64,000 nt of DNA, from the IMG/VR virus record IMGVR_UViG_3300010376_000032, positions 13,173 to 77,172 of that record. The stretch is one strand, 5' to 3'. The notes under the pieces were generated by a model that was not told where the DNA came from, searched no databases, and saw only the letters and a list, made by a program, of their open reading frames with translations. Source of the DNA: a virus (Duplodnaviria > Caudoviricetes). This document shows, in pieces, positions 10,725 to 21,040 of the stretch; position 1 is the stretch's first letter; the number at the start of each line of letters is the position of its first letter. Both the position numbers and the translations under genes were made by a program.

Positions 10725-11594
10725 ATGGCACTGCAACGAGTCGGGATCCCCAGCCCGAACCAGTCCAGCCGAGGCGGGACAGGTGTGAGGCTCATAGTGC
10801 TGCATACCAGTGAAGGTGCAACGACGTACCAGTCACTCGGAAACTTTTTTGCCAGTTCCAGTTCAGGTGTGTCGAGTCATGTCGGCATTGATAACGCCAG
10901 CAATGGCGTTATTGGCGAGTACGTGGGCCGGTCCAATAAGGCTTGGACAAGCTGCAATGCCAATCCCGTGGCCGTGCAGGCAGAACTCTGTACACCCTCT
11001 GGGGCGGCTATGGGCTGGAGCGCGGCCCAATGGCAGCAGCAATCCATCATGCTCGCCAACACCGCCGCCTGGATCGCGGAGGAGTCGGCGGCTTTCGGCA
11101 TTCCCATCGTCAAGCTCACGGCGGCACAAGCTCAGGGCGGATCTGCCGGTGTGTGCCAGCACACCGATCTCGGCTCCTGGGGCTGTGGTCACTCCGATTG
11201 TGGCCCCAACTTCCCCATCGACCAGGTGATCTCGATGGCGAAAGGCGGCTCGACCCCCGCCCCTACTCCTCCTCCGACCCCCTCGCCCACGCCGCCACCG
11301 GCAGGAAAGGCGCCGCCCTTTCCCTATCCATCCAACCACTACCTGGGGCAGCCATCACCCGACCCATGTTGCCATTCCGGCTACTACGGCGGCGTGGATA
11401 ACCAAAACGTGGCTACCTGGCAACGGCAGATGATTGCCAGGGGCTGGAACCTGGGGTCAAGCGGAGCCGATGGCAAGTTCGGTTCGCAAAGCTCCAGTGT
11501 CGCCAGGCAGTTCCAGCAAGAGAAGGGCCTCTCTGTGGATGGCCTGGTGGGTCCACAGACGTGGTCGACTAGCTGGACCGCACCAGTCACATAG
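10725..11594 (+). CDS. Endolysin: N-acetylmuramoyl-L-alanine amidase (Amidase_2 type) + PG_binding_1
   Basis: IVLHTSEG, SSHVGI and HSDC zinc-ligand motifs; Pro linker; C-terminal ADGKFG...FQQEKGLSVDGLVGPQTW. Confidence 0.85.
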   Translation: MALQRVGIPSPNQSSRGGTGVRLIVLHTSEGATTYQSLGNFFASSSSGVSSHVGIDNASNGVIGEYVGRSNKAWTSCNANPVAVQAELCTPSGAAMGWSAAQWQQQSIMLANTAAWIAEESAAFGIPIVKLTAAQAQGGSAGVCQHTDLGSWGCGHSDCGPNFPIDQVISMAKGGSTPAPTPPPTPSPTPPPAGKAPPFPYPSNHYLGQPSPDPCCHSGYYGGVDNQNVATWQRQMIARGWNLGSSGADGKFGSQSSSVARQFQQEKGLSVDGLVGPQTWSTSWTAPVT

Positions 11595-11596
11595 CC

Positions 11597-11809
11597 ATGC
11601 TCGCCAGCGTCTGGGATTCCGGCTTCGCCATCAGCACCTACATCCTGGTGTTCCTCATCTGGGGCTTCGGGATCTTCTGCGCGCTGATCTGCCTACGGAA
11701 GCGCCACCTCCTGTGGTTCATCCTGGGGTTCTTCTTCGTGTTCTGTTGGTACATCGGGGCCATCTTGCCTGACCGGCGCGAGGTGGTGGTCGTGGAGGAG
11801 CGCCGCTAG
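11597..11809 (+). CDS. Small membrane protein, holin candidate
   Basis: Two hydrophobic segments, directly after the endolysin. Confidence 0.5.
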   Translation: MLASVWDSGFAISTYILVFLIWGFGIFCALICLRKRHLLWFILGFFFVFCWYIGAILPDRREVVVVEERR

Positions 11810-11811
11810 AT

Positions 11812-12654
11812 GTGGCGAATGGTGACGGCGCTCTCATTGCAGCAGCCTGTACGGGAGTCGCCGCCATCATCACGGCCTGGGCTGCCATAATCCGAGCCAA
11901 GAAGACCGCTGCCAAGGACTGCAGGGAGGAACTGGCCGTCGCCAGACAGGAGGCTGAGGACGCTCAGGCCAAGCTCCATCACATACGCATGACACACCCA
12001 GAAGTAATGGAAGAGGACGACTCAGAGAAGGGGGACATTTCCCCGAACGCCTTGCTGTTTCTCGCCATCGTCTTCGTCACAGCATCGATCTTGTTCGCTC
12101 TCCTGGCGGGGCACCAACGATCAGCGAACGGACAGACTGGTGGCATCGGTCCCCCAGGTCCAGCGGGACCAGCGGGACCAAAGGGCGAGAAGGGCGACAC
12201 GGGCGCTCGTGGGCCGATAGGGCAGACGATCGCGCATGTGGTCAATCCAGTAGCGACGGCAGGACAGAGAGGGTCGACAGGTGCAACAGGAGCCACCGGA
12301 GCCACCGGAGGATCAGGAACTGCGGGAGCGACGGGAGGCGTGGGAGCAACGGGAAAGACGGGACCGACCGGCTCGACGGGAGCGACCGGTGCCACGGGCA
12401 GCACCGGAGCGACGGGTAGCGCGGGTGCAACTGGCAAAGCTGGAGGCACCGGACCTGCTGGCCCTGTTGGGCCTACCGGCAGGACAGGAGCGACTGGACC
12501 CACCGGATCTCGTGGTGCTCAGGGTGTACAGGGGCCGGTAGGACCGCCTGGGCCACCAGGCGGCTTCTCCTGTCCTGGAGGCTCGTCGCTTCAGAAACTC
12601 ACCATCAACGGCAAGGGTGGACAGCAAACCATTTGGGCTTGCGTGATCGGCTAA
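11812..12654 (+). CDS. Membrane protein with two TM segments and a long collagen-like ectodomain
   Basis: Two hydrophobic helices, long G-X-Y tract, C-terminal two-Cys domain. Confidence 0.7.
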   Translation: MANGDGALIAAACTGVAAIITAWAAIIRAKKTAAKDCREELAVARQEAEDAQAKLHHIRMTHPEVMEEDDSEKGDISPNALLFLAIVFVTASILFALLAGHQRSANGQTGGIGPPGPAGPAGPKGEKGDTGARGPIGQTIAHVVNPVATAGQRGSTGATGATGATGGSGTAGATGGVGATGKTGPTGSTGATGATGSTGATGSAGATGKAGGTGPAGPVGPTGRTGATGPTGSRGAQGVQGPVGPPGPPGGFSCPGGSSLQKLTINGKGGQQTIWACVIG

Positions 12655-12986
12655 ACGGTATCGCCTATGAGTCGGGTGGTGAATACGTCATCGAGGTAGG
12701 CGGTGGCACCGAGCAGGAGCGGGTCGAGGTTCGCCACCGCCTCAAGCGAGTCAGCCAACTCGGGCGGAATGCGGGTCAGCTTCACCGTCATGCTGGACGT
12801 AGCGGACATGCTGACATGGTCGGTATGAGTGATCCGGCTACCTATCAACAGGGTGGTCGAGGCCCTGAGCGTGATCGAAGCAGTGTTCGTGGGGGCGGCA
12901 CTCAGTACCACGGAGGCGACCGGCCTGCCCAGAGATCCGCCGTAGCTCATGTTGACACCGGGGTCAGACAGTACTTGATGCGGCAC
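12651..12986 (-). CDS. Hypothetical structural protein
   Basis: 111 aa, overlaps the end of the spike gene. Confidence 0.45.
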   Translation of the reverse strand: MPHQVLSDPGVNMSYGGSLGRPVASVVLSAAPTNTASITLRASTTLLIGSRITHTDHVSMSATSSMTVKLTRIPPELADSLEAVANLDPLLLGATAYLDDVFTTRLIGDTV

Positions 12987-15901
12987 TTCAAGGGCTGGGC
13001 AGTGGTCAGGTTCGCCGCGGGCGTGAGCACCACCGGGTAGACCACCTGGGAGCTTCCGGCGCCAGGCGTGAGTGTCACCAGCGCCGTGAAGCGCGTGGTC
13101 CCGGCCTGCACGTCCTTGCTCTCTCCGGCACCACCCGTGAACAAGCCGGACACTGAGTTGGGAGTCGTGAAGAGGGCGTTCCCACTCAGCGACCAGGAAT
13201 CTGTTGCCGAGGAGCCGCTGCCCGAGACATCAATGATGTAGAGCGTTTGCGAGACATTTGGCTGCTGGTTGACGATGAGATAGCCCGCCGTGTACCCCGC
13301 GGTGGTGATAGGCGTTCCAGCCGGGATGACAAAAGGCTCCTCATGCATGCCCTGCTCATCGAGGACGTAGAGGGTCGCGCCTGGCTCGACCTGATCGTTG
13401 AACCAGTGATTGAGGACGGAGTTGAGGCCCGACGAGATCATCGCCTTGGTCGCCCCGGTCCAGGCGTGGATGCGGGGCAGGCTCATGCCACAACCCGTCA
13501 TGCTGAGCAGGATGATCGGCGTGGTCTGATCACCACGCTGCTTGGCGTAGGTGTTGATGGCCACACCGGGGCAGCCAGAGAAGTGGGCGTGGAAGTTCCC
13601 GGTCAGGTTGAACGTGCCCACACTGTTGGCAATGCCGACGTACGAGCTATTGGTGCCACCGTACATGCGAGTGTTGAGAGACGTGATATTGAAGGGGCCA
13701 CTGCCCGGGATGGCATACCAGTTGGTGATCTTGGCGTCGAAGACGGCGCCGCCGCCTCCGTTATAGGGTTCGGAGACGGGGCAGTCGATGACACCAGACG
13801 GTCCCCAGTCATCGGTCCAGACCTGGTTGATCAGCAGACCGATATTGCCATTGCTGTTTGCACCGGCAGCGCTCAGCGTCCACCACACCGCCGTGCAGCT
13901 ATCCACGAGTAGGGTGTCGATCTCAGGCAGGCCACTGCTGGCGCCCTTGATGCAGGTGCGGTCCGGCGCTCTGGGCAGATCGAGGTTGCCGGAGTACACA
14001 TAGCCAGGATCGCCCTTGAAGTTGTGGAAGACGCATTCGCTGGCCTCTGCATAGACCGCCCAACGGAGCGAGCCAACCCACCATCTCTCTGCCTTGACAC
14101 TGGTGCCAGTGCCCTTGTACCCGATCCATGAATTGCAATCCACGATGTCGGTGACTTCCTGATTGACCTGGCTACCGAGGACGCTGCACGCGAAGGGAAT
14201 GTACGAAGGGCTGCCGTTAGTGGCATCGACGTTGTTGCCTTGCAGCGATCCGTTAGTCTGGTAGGGCCAGAAGAACTGGAGCTTTCGGGCTGCCGTACCC
14301 ATGCCGTGCAGCCACAGCATGGAACCGTTGTTTCCAGGGGTATTGAACGACGTGAAGACGAGCGTCGTACAATACGGGTTGGGCAGCGGGTTGGCGTTCT
14401 GGGAAACTGACTGCGTGATCGTCAGGGGGTAATGCTCACCTTGGACGCTGCCACCATGGTTGACGGTGCCGCTATCCGGTATTTGGAGCGGATAACCGAT
14501 GGGGTAAAAGCCATCCGGCAAGACCACGTTCCTGATCGCAAGCGCGGCAGCACCGATGGCGGCGGTGTCATCATGAGTGACCAGAGCATTGGTCAACTGG
14601 GGGCCGATATTGTTCGCCACAGTGACGGTGGTGGGCGTCACCGCGTTGACCTTTGAGAACAAGCTGGCATTGATGTTGGCGGCGGGAGGAGTGACAGGAA
14701 CCTGTGGCAGGCGACCAGGGCCTCCCCCGGCGTAGCTCCCGGTACCGTTCAGGAAGGGCTGGCCATTGTCCACATAGGTGACCATGGTGGGCGGGTTCTG
14801 CGAGGCGTTGGGAACAATGGCCCCGTAGTCCTGCCATACCCGGTCCGCGATGGGCACCTGCTGCATGAACTGGAGCGGCCCTGCACCGGTCTGCCGGTAG
14901 ATGTTGTAGTACCGGTAGCCCATGGGGATGCCGTAGAAGAAGTCCCAGTAGACGTTGATGCCATAGACCGTGGCCCCGGTGGTAACCGTGGGAGCCGGGT
15001 TGACCAGGGGTGGGCTTTCGTTGCCGTAGTAGTCCACTCCCGTGATGGTGTACCCATAGGTGGTGCTAGGAGCCAGGTTGGACCCCAGGTAGGGCGGCAG
15101 CAAGTTGGAGGCGACCAGGCCGCAGGAGAAATGCGTGGGCGAGTGGAGCCAGTAGGTGCCGATCAATTGCATCGAGCCGCCTATGCGCCCATAGATCGCA
15201 TACCCGTAGACCACTGAAGCGGTCATGGCTACCACCGGAGTGAACTGGATCCGGTTGTAGTTGCTGGCACTCAGCGTGGCGTTTCCCTGGAAGGTGGTTA
15301 TGGGACTCGCCGCTGAGCATCCGTCATAGGTGGCGCTCTGGATACAGGCCACCTGATAGCTGTAGGTCACCGTGCCGCCATTAGTGCCGGTGGATGCGAT
15401 GACCGGCGCGGCAGGCACCTGCATCCCAACGGCGGTGCCGCCGTAGAGCCGGATGCCGTGGCCCACCTGGAAATCGTGGGCGCCCAAGGTAACCACCGTC
15501 TGGTTCGCGCCGCTCGTTGATCCGCTGTAGTAGTTCAGCGAAGCACTGATGCCGTACTGCTGAAGGATGTTTGGCTTCACCGATGCCAACGCCTGAGAGG
15601 TCAGCACCGGTATGGCGACCCAGTTGGACGCGTGCGCGGTGGGCGGGCCACCTTCGGCTCCCCTGAGTACGGTCCAGGTGGTGCCGGAGATGTTGATCAC
15701 CAACATGATCTCCGGTGGCGCATTGGTGTCGTTGACATCAACAATCCGGAACACGGTGGGTGGGCTGGCCGTGTTGGAGGCGGGCGGCGCCCCGGTAGAG
15801 GACGCCACCGTCCACGTCTCCTGCGTGAGGGCGGCAGGAGCGGTTGTCCCACCGGAGGTGACCGTCCAGCGGTAGTACTCGGAGAACAGGTCAAGCGGCA
15901 T
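12947..15901 (-). CDS. Spike/depolymerase-like protein with right-handed beta-helix region
   Basis: N-terminal WTVLRGAEG...AH anchor, Ig/FN3-like segments, DDTAAIGAA...VVLPDGFYPI (pectate-lyase-3-like start). Confidence 0.6.
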   Translation of the reverse strand: MPLDLFSEYYRWTVTSGGTTAPAALTQETWTVASSTGAPPASNTASPPTVFRIVDVNDTNAPPEIMLVINISGTTWTVLRGAEGGPPTAHASNWVAIPVLTSQALASVKPNILQQYGISASLNYYSGSTSGANQTVVTLGAHDFQVGHGIRLYGGTAVGMQVPAAPVIASTGTNGGTVTYSYQVACIQSATYDGCSAASPITTFQGNATLSASNYNRIQFTPVVAMTASVVYGYAIYGRIGGSMQLIGTYWLHSPTHFSCGLVASNLLPPYLGSNLAPSTTYGYTITGVDYYGNESPPLVNPAPTVTTGATVYGINVYWDFFYGIPMGYRYYNIYRQTGAGPLQFMQQVPIADRVWQDYGAIVPNASQNPPTMVTYVDNGQPFLNGTGSYAGGGPGRLPQVPVTPPAANINASLFSKVNAVTPTTVTVANNIGPQLTNALVTHDDTAAIGAAALAIRNVVLPDGFYPIGYPLQIPDSGTVNHGGSVQGEHYPLTITQSVSQNANPLPNPYCTTLVFTSFNTPGNNGSMLWLHGMGTAARKLQFFWPYQTNGSLQGNNVDATNGSPSYIPFACSVLGSQVNQEVTDIVDCNSWIGYKGTGTSVKAERWWVGSLRWAVYAEASECVFHNFKGDPGYVYSGNLDLPRAPDRTCIKGASSGLPEIDTLLVDSCTAVWWTLSAAGANSNGNIGLLINQVWTDDWGPSGVIDCPVSEPYNGGGGAVFDAKITNWYAIPGSGPFNITSLNTRMYGGTNSSYVGIANSVGTFNLTGNFHAHFSGCPGVAINTYAKQRGDQTTPIILLSMTGCGMSLPRIHAWTGATKAMISSGLNSVLNHWFNDQVEPGATLYVLDEQGMHEEPFVIPAGTPITTAGYTAGYLIVNQQPNVSQTLYIIDVSGSGSSATDSWSLSGNALFTTPNSVSGLFTGGAGESKDVQAGTTRFTALVTLTPGAGSSQVVYPVVLTPAANLTTAQPLKCRIKYCLTPVST

Positions 15902-15910
15902 TGGGGCGCC

Positions 15911-16297
15911 CTAACTCAGTTGTTTCGTGAACGACCCCGTACTGATCGAGAAAGTGTCTCCGGCATTGATGGTCTTGGGCGAGGACAGGTTGCCAAACCA
16001 GCGCCGTACCGGAGTAGGCGTTGCCGAGTCGTACTCGTCTATTCCGGTGATGGTGCAGGCGGGAAGGTTCACAAACGTCACCGCCACGTTGGAGGAGATC
16101 GAGCCACCGGCAGGGGCAGCGAAGGTGATGGTCTGACGTACGTAGCCGCCGCCGACAACCTCCGTGCCAGCCGCGGTGGCGGTACCGGTCGCAGTAACCA
16201 GGGCCACCTGGATCGGTGGGACAGGCGCCACATAGGGAGCCTGGCCCGAGCTTGCCGCCAGGATGTTGTTGGCTTCAGTGGTGACGAGATTGGCCAT
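15911..16297 (-). CDS. Conserved actinophage-type structural protein
   Basis: Start re-called by TAATG overlap; VALVTA...EVVGGGYVRQTITF...KTINAGDTFSI. Confidence 0.6.
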   Translation of the reverse strand: MANLVTTEANNILAASSGQAPYVAPVPPIQVALVTATGTATAAGTEVVGGGYVRQTITFAAPAGGSISSNVAVTFVNLPACTITGIDEYDSATPTPVRRWFGNLSSPKTINAGDTFSISTGSFTKQLS

Positions 16298-16479
16298 TAC
16301 ACCTTCTTCAGGGTCTGCTGACAGACCGGGCATCCGGCTTCAGCGCAGCAGGTAATGTGCGCGCTCTCCGACTGCTCCTGGCCCATCTGGATGATGTAGT
16401 GGACATGGTGCGGCTCAGTGTCAGTCTCACCACAGATGGCACAGGTGCGAGCTACCGGGTCAGGGTCAGTGGTAGACAA
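16297..16479 (-). CDS. Small Cys/His zinc-binding protein
   Basis: CxxC...HH...HxxCC...CxxC. Confidence 0.55.
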   Translation of the reverse strand: MSTTDPDPVARTCAICGETDTEPHHVHYIIQMGQEQSESAHITCCAEAGCPVCQQTLKKV

Positions 16480-16996
16480 CGCCCCGGGACTCCAGCCATT
16501 GATAGAGGTGCTTCGGCACCCGGTAGCGACGGCCCCGCAGGAAGGTGTACTCGTTGCCCACGCCGTAGGTCATCTGCTCGATGTCGGTGTTGACGCGGAT
16601 GACCTTCCACTCTTCCTCGACGGTCATCGGCTCCTCGCCCAGGTCCACTACCTCCATGGAGTTCGTCGGCGTGGGCCGAGCCTGCTGCTGCGTTTCGGTG
16701 GGGCGCAGATCCTTCATGGGGTCATACGCTTGTGCCGAAGTGGAGGGATCAAGGATCGGATCCTCATCCACCACCATGGGCTGAGACAGATCTTCGATCC
16801 TGGCCGTTCCTTCCGCGGACATTTCCACCATTGCCCCGGTGGCCGGATCGAAGATCCCCTCTTCCTCCGTCACGATGTCGACCTGGTTGACGAGTCCGAT
16901 CTCCTGCTGACGATCGGCAAGCTCCTGAGCCTTTTCCTCAGCCAGTCGCTGCCGCTGTGCTCCGGTGAAATCGCCTCGTTGCGGTCCTCTGGGCAT
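16466..16996 (-). CDS. Head-associated hypothetical protein
   Basis: Directly after the capsid gene; C-terminal RVNTDIEQMTYG...RYRVP. Confidence 0.6.
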   Translation of the reverse strand: MPRGPQRGDFTGAQRQRLAEEKAQELADRQQEIGLVNQVDIVTEEEGIFDPATGAMVEMSAEGTARIEDLSQPMVVDEDPILDPSTSAQAYDPMKDLRPTETQQQARPTPTNSMEVVDLGEEPMTVEEEWKVIRVNTDIEQMTYGVGNEYTFLRGRRYRVPKHLYQWLESRGVVYH

Positions 16997-16999
16997 CCC

Positions 17000-18016
17000 T
17001 CAGTTGGTCCAGGCGATGACGACGCTTTGATCGGTTATCAGCCCAAATCCCCATATAGCATACCAGCACAACGCGTGCTCTCGTCCGAAGTCCAATACAC
17101 CACCATCACGTAGCTCGACAGGCAATGCAATGGCATGACCGAAGGCATTGTCGCCCAGGTACATGGCGCCATGGACGACACCGGCATTGGTGACCGCGCC
17201 CATGCCACTGGGTCCGGTATTGGGGGCGTACTGACGGACCTGCGTCGTCTCGATATAGACCACATCGTTGAGGCGACCGATTTCCCCGATCATGAAGTTC
17301 CCGGCCGCGGCATATTTGGTGACCTCGATGAACTCGGGGTTGTCACGCAGGCGGCGGGACTGATGCGGGTCCAGGAAGCAGACGTACGTCTCTCCGATGC
17401 GCGGCACGTTCTTGGTGGCCAGCGTCTCGACGGCGTCCTTGGTGACGTTGACGCTCATGTAGAACGTCCCAGCCAGGGCGCTGTAGTTGGCACCCACGGT
17501 GCCCGCGTCATACGGCGACAGCGGGGTACGGGTGGCCGTAGGAGCCGGAAGCTGGTAGCCAAAGATGGCCGAAGACGCCTGGTACAGGGTGTCTCGGGCT
17601 GAGCCGTCGAGGTACTTGGCCATGTTTCTCCCCAAGAGCCTTGAAGAGGAGGCCATCACGTCATCGAAGGAGGCGTTGAGCAGAAGCTCGCTCACCGCGA
17701 CGGCGTAGCCCTGCTCTGCCACGGTGATGGCGTACTGGCTGGCCGTCAATGCCGCCGTCTGCATGCGGACACCTTCAACCAACTGCGTGGCGTCACCCAA
17801 ATTGTTGTAACGCATAAAGTTGATCTGGAGTCCCGGCTGGATGCCCAGTTCTGTCTTCTTGACAGCGAACTGCTCATATCTCAACACGGGCATTGACTGG
17901 AACAAAATTTCCTTGCTCCAGATCACCTGGATGGCCGGGGACAACTGGGAGTTAGTACCCGGGTAGCCGGTGGGGGACGCACTCAGCAAAGGAGTGCCGG
18001 TGATGCTGGAAGGCAT
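17000..18016 (-). CDS. Major capsid protein (N4-gp56 family)
   Basis: 338 aa; GEIGRLNDVVYIETT, DFGREHALCWYAIWG; follows the scaffold; strong RBS (TAGGAGGTAAG). Confidence 0.85.
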   Translation of the reverse strand: MPSSITGTPLLSASPTGYPGTNSQLSPAIQVIWSKEILFQSMPVLRYEQFAVKKTELGIQPGLQINFMRYNNLGDATQLVEGVRMQTAALTASQYAITVAEQGYAVAVSELLLNASFDDVMASSSRLLGRNMAKYLDGSARDTLYQASSAIFGYQLPAPTATRTPLSPYDAGTVGANYSALAGTFYMSVNVTKDAVETLATKNVPRIGETYVCFLDPHQSRRLRDNPEFIEVTKYAAAGNFMIGEIGRLNDVVYIETTQVRQYAPNTGPSGMGAVTNAGVVHGAMYLGDNAFGHAIALPVELRDGGVLDFGREHALCWYAIWGFGLITDQSVVIAWTN

Positions 18017-18048
18017 ATCGCCTTACCTCCTATTTTAGGGTACTACCT

Positions 18049-18855
18049 CTATTGCTGCCTGCGACTTTGGGACGCCGCTCGTAGCAAGTTGTCACGTTCC
18101 GCAGCGTACTCTTCGGGTGTCATCGCCTTGAGTTCATCGGCTGTATACGTCCGTGTAGTCCCGCTGGTTTCCATAGGACCGACTGGGGGCGCGGTGACTC
18201 CTACCGTGGGACGGGCGGCGTTGACCTGACGTAAACCGTTGACAACACCACTTTTGATGTCGTTGGTTTTTTGTACAAGAAGAGAAATCGACTGGTCGAT
18301 CTCTTCAGTGGTATTTCCAGACACCAGATCACGGAGTTCAGGCATGATATTTTCTGCCTCAGTGGCCATCCGCTGGCTCATGTAGGTCTGCAGCGAGGCG
18401 TGGCGGCGCTCCTGCTCCAACATGGCGAAGGCCCGTTCCCGTTCCTGGCGCTCCTCCTGGAGGCGGGTTTCCCACTCCTGATCCTTGCGCTGGATCAGGT
18501 CGCGGAGTTCCATCTCCTCCTCTTCCTTCTTCTTCGCCGCCCGCTGGGCATCACGCTGCGTCTTGGCTTCCGCCGCCTGGCGGTCCTCTTCGGCCTTCCT
18601 GTATGCGGCCAGTTCGTCCTGAAGCTGGTCGGCCCGCTGCTGCTCTGCGGCGTAACGGGCACGCTCCTCCTGACGAATGCGCTCGACATCTTCGGCAGTG
18701 AACGACGAGGGCAGTTCGCTGTTTCGCTGGTTGCGATTGCCGCTCGTGGCCGGGGGCGGTTCCGCGGGCGGGGTGACCGGGACGGTGATGCTGTTCGGGT
18801 CAGGCGGTTCGGGGTCGCCTTGCTGCTGCGTCGGGTCTGGTTCGACGGTGGTCAT
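18049..18855 (-). CDS. Capsid scaffolding protein
   Basis: Coiled-coil E/K/R-rich; lies between portal and capsid; C-terminal MTPEEYAAER. Confidence 0.8.
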   Translation of the reverse strand: MTTVEPDPTQQQGDPEPPDPNSITVPVTPPAEPPPATSGNRNQRNSELPSSFTAEDVERIRQEERARYAAEQQRADQLQDELAAYRKAEEDRQAAEAKTQRDAQRAAKKKEEEEMELRDLIQRKDQEWETRLQEERQERERAFAMLEQERRHASLQTYMSQRMATEAENIMPELRDLVSGNTTEEIDQSISLLVQKTNDIKSGVVNGLRQVNAARPTVGVTAPPVGPMETSGTTRTYTADELKAMTPEEYAAERDNLLRAASQSRRQQ

Positions 18856-18864
18856 CTCCTGGCG

Positions 18865-20643
18865 TTAGCTCCTTATGCTGTCATCTTCTTCGGGGGTACG
18901 GCGTTGTGGAATGGTGGTGCCGTGAGAGAGAGTGACGATCCGCTGGAACATCTTCTTCACGTCCTCGCTGTCTTTCAGGTCAATCCCTGGCAGCATCCCG
19001 ATCTTGGCCTGGGGAGCGCTGTTTACATTTGGGCCACCCGCCGACTTCACGCCTCCCCCGTTGGACGATCCGCCGTTGGAGTTGCCGTCGCCTCCACCGT
19101 TCTGTGGGGGTGGGGGCATTGGTTGTGGGCCTTCGGGTGCGACCATGCCGGTGAGATTGGCCGTGAGGCTGGCGACCTGTGCCTTGAGGAGATCGAGGGC
19201 AGCCTGCTGCTCCGCGTCATCTACCAGTTCCTTGAAGAGTTCCTGCAGCTTCTCGTCGGGGAACTCCTCACCAAGCTCTATGAGAGCGCCCCGCTTGGAC
19301 TCCAGGCCCAACTGCATCTTGACCATTAGCTCGTTGAGCTTGACCAACTGGTCGACCGGCAACGGTGGCTGGAACTGAACGGTGTTCTCATAGGTCACCG
19401 GGTCCATCGGGTCCAACATCGGTAGCTGGTCATCCCTGAGTGGGGGATCCCACTCAGGGTTGTAGACCAATGTCTCCGGCTCTTTCATAAAGAGCGTCTT
19501 CAGTGCCAGCCGATTGACCTCTGCGAAGCCCTCACCATACTGGGTGGCCTTCAAGTGGAAGCGATTCATGAGAGGCTGATACTGAATCGCCAGGGCCACA
19601 CCGGAGGTGTTGGAGATGGCCTGCTCCTCGCCCAGGGCGGTCACCGGGACACCGGTCATCTCGTGCATGGCCCGCTTGAGCACATCCAGCAGCTTGATGG
19701 CCTCCTCGATGCCCCGAGGGTCGAAGAGCAGGTTCTCTACCCGAGCTTCCTTGTTCGGGATACTCCAAGTCTGATGCGTGCCCTTCTCCAGGTTAGAGGC
19801 GCGGGCGCCGATCACCACCGTCACCGGGGCGGCGTGATAGCTGACGATGTCGCAGATATCCGTCGCAGTTTCGTTATACTGCCGGTTGAGCGGTGCGATG
19901 TCCTGTATGTCGGGCATCCCCCAGGGCGATGAAGCGATTGGCATATTGCTGATGTGGACAACGGGGATCTCGCCCAGAGGATTTTCCCGCTGGTCGATGA
20001 GTTCGTCGTTGACGTACTCCTCGATCTGGTTCTCGGTGAGCAACTCGGTGTAGGTGAAGACCTGCCGGGTGCCCTCCTGGGTGGTCCCCCAGAACCGATA
20101 CTTCAGCTTGAACCGGATCAGTCGCTTGCGATCATGGGGATGCCATTCCGGAAAGCAGAACGCCGAGTTCAGCGGCAAGATCCGAACGCGACCGGGATGT
20201 GGCATCCCGGCGGGATCCTGCCACGGCTCCTCGTAGGCCACCTTTACGAAGCAGTCCCCGGTGACAGATCCCATGGACCCCATCTCCCACAGGAGCGAGT
20301 CCTTCTTGTTGTCTGTCTCCCAGATGCGCTGCAGCCGGGTGGGCACGATGGCACCCGTGGCATCCGGTGAGCGAAATCCCACGCCCTTGCCGAACACGAA
20401 GTTGGTGGTGAAGTCGCTCAGCGCCCTGGTGTAGTTGAAGGTGAGTTGCGGCTCACCCAGATCGGGCCGTTGTGCCCAGTGGTAGCCCAGGTAGAAGGCC
20501 CAGTTCATGGCGTAGCGGTTGAGCCTGGGGCCGTGGACCTCAAACTCCTCGTCGGCAAGCTCCACCAGCCCGAGCGGGCTGATCTGGATGGTCAGATCAG
20601 ACGATGCCGCTCGATAGCTGGGGGACTGGAACTGGATGGACAC
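18865..20643 (-). CDS. Portal protein (SPP1-like)
   Basis: 592 aa; GDCFVKV, NPLGEIPVVHISN, WGMPDIQD, SNTSGVAL motifs. Confidence 0.85.
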   Translation of the reverse strand: MSIQFQSPSYRAASSDLTIQISPLGLVELADEEFEVHGPRLNRYAMNWAFYLGYHWAQRPDLGEPQLTFNYTRALSDFTTNFVFGKGVGFRSPDATGAIVPTRLQRIWETDNKKDSLLWEMGSMGSVTGDCFVKVAYEEPWQDPAGMPHPGRVRILPLNSAFCFPEWHPHDRKRLIRFKLKYRFWGTTQEGTRQVFTYTELLTENQIEEYVNDELIDQRENPLGEIPVVHISNMPIASSPWGMPDIQDIAPLNRQYNETATDICDIVSYHAAPVTVVIGARASNLEKGTHQTWSIPNKEARVENLLFDPRGIEEAIKLLDVLKRAMHEMTGVPVTALGEEQAISNTSGVALAIQYQPLMNRFHLKATQYGEGFAEVNRLALKTLFMKEPETLVYNPEWDPPLRDDQLPMLDPMDPVTYENTVQFQPPLPVDQLVKLNELMVKMQLGLESKRGALIELGEEFPDEKLQELFKELVDDAEQQAALDLLKAQVASLTANLTGMVAPEGPQPMPPPPQNGGGDGNSNGGSSNGGGVKSAGGPNVNSAPQAKIGMLPGIDLKDSEDVKKMFQRIVTLSHGTTIPQRRTPEEDDSIRS

Positions 20644-20864
20644 TAGGAGTCGCTCAGGTCCAGGGTGCCTTCAAGGGCATCGTGAAGCTCAGGATCGAAT
20701 CTTCCTGTCCCCTTGCCCTTCGCCAGATTCATACGTCCCCATTTCCCAAGCTGACCGGGGGCAGAAAACCCGGCGGCGAGCGTTAGAGCGGAAGTCGGGG
20801 CATAGCGGCGACCCTCCATACGCCGATCATGAAAAAGATGACCGTCACCATCCCCGTTCGTCAT
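20643..20864 (-). CDS. Small hypothetical protein
   Basis: Start re-called at the ATGA overlap (MTNGDGDG...). Confidence 0.45.
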   Translation of the reverse strand: MTNGDGDGHLFHDRRMEGRRYAPTSALTLAAGFSAPGQLGKWGRMNLAKGKGTGRFDPELHDALEGTLDLSDS

Positions 20865-21040
20865 CGCGATTTCCTCATCTGCTGTTGGTAGTCCCATTGG
20901 GTGCGAGGCAGCTTGCGACGGCTCTGCTGCTTGACGACGCGGTTCACCTGCTGTTGGTGCTTCTGTGCCTGGGTGGTCGCGGCCAACGAAGCGTGCCGGG
21001 GGCGGAATCGCTCCAGGTGCGACGAGTCACCAACGGCCAC
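20861..21040 (-). CDS. Small basic Q-rich protein (not in ORF track)
   Basis: GTG start overlaps the upstream stop; MAVGDSSHLERFRPRH...MRKSR; fits the gap exactly. Confidence 0.55.
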   Translation of the reverse strand: MAVGDSSHLERFRPRHASLAATTQAQKHQQQVNRVVKQQSRRKLPRTQWDYQQQMRKSR

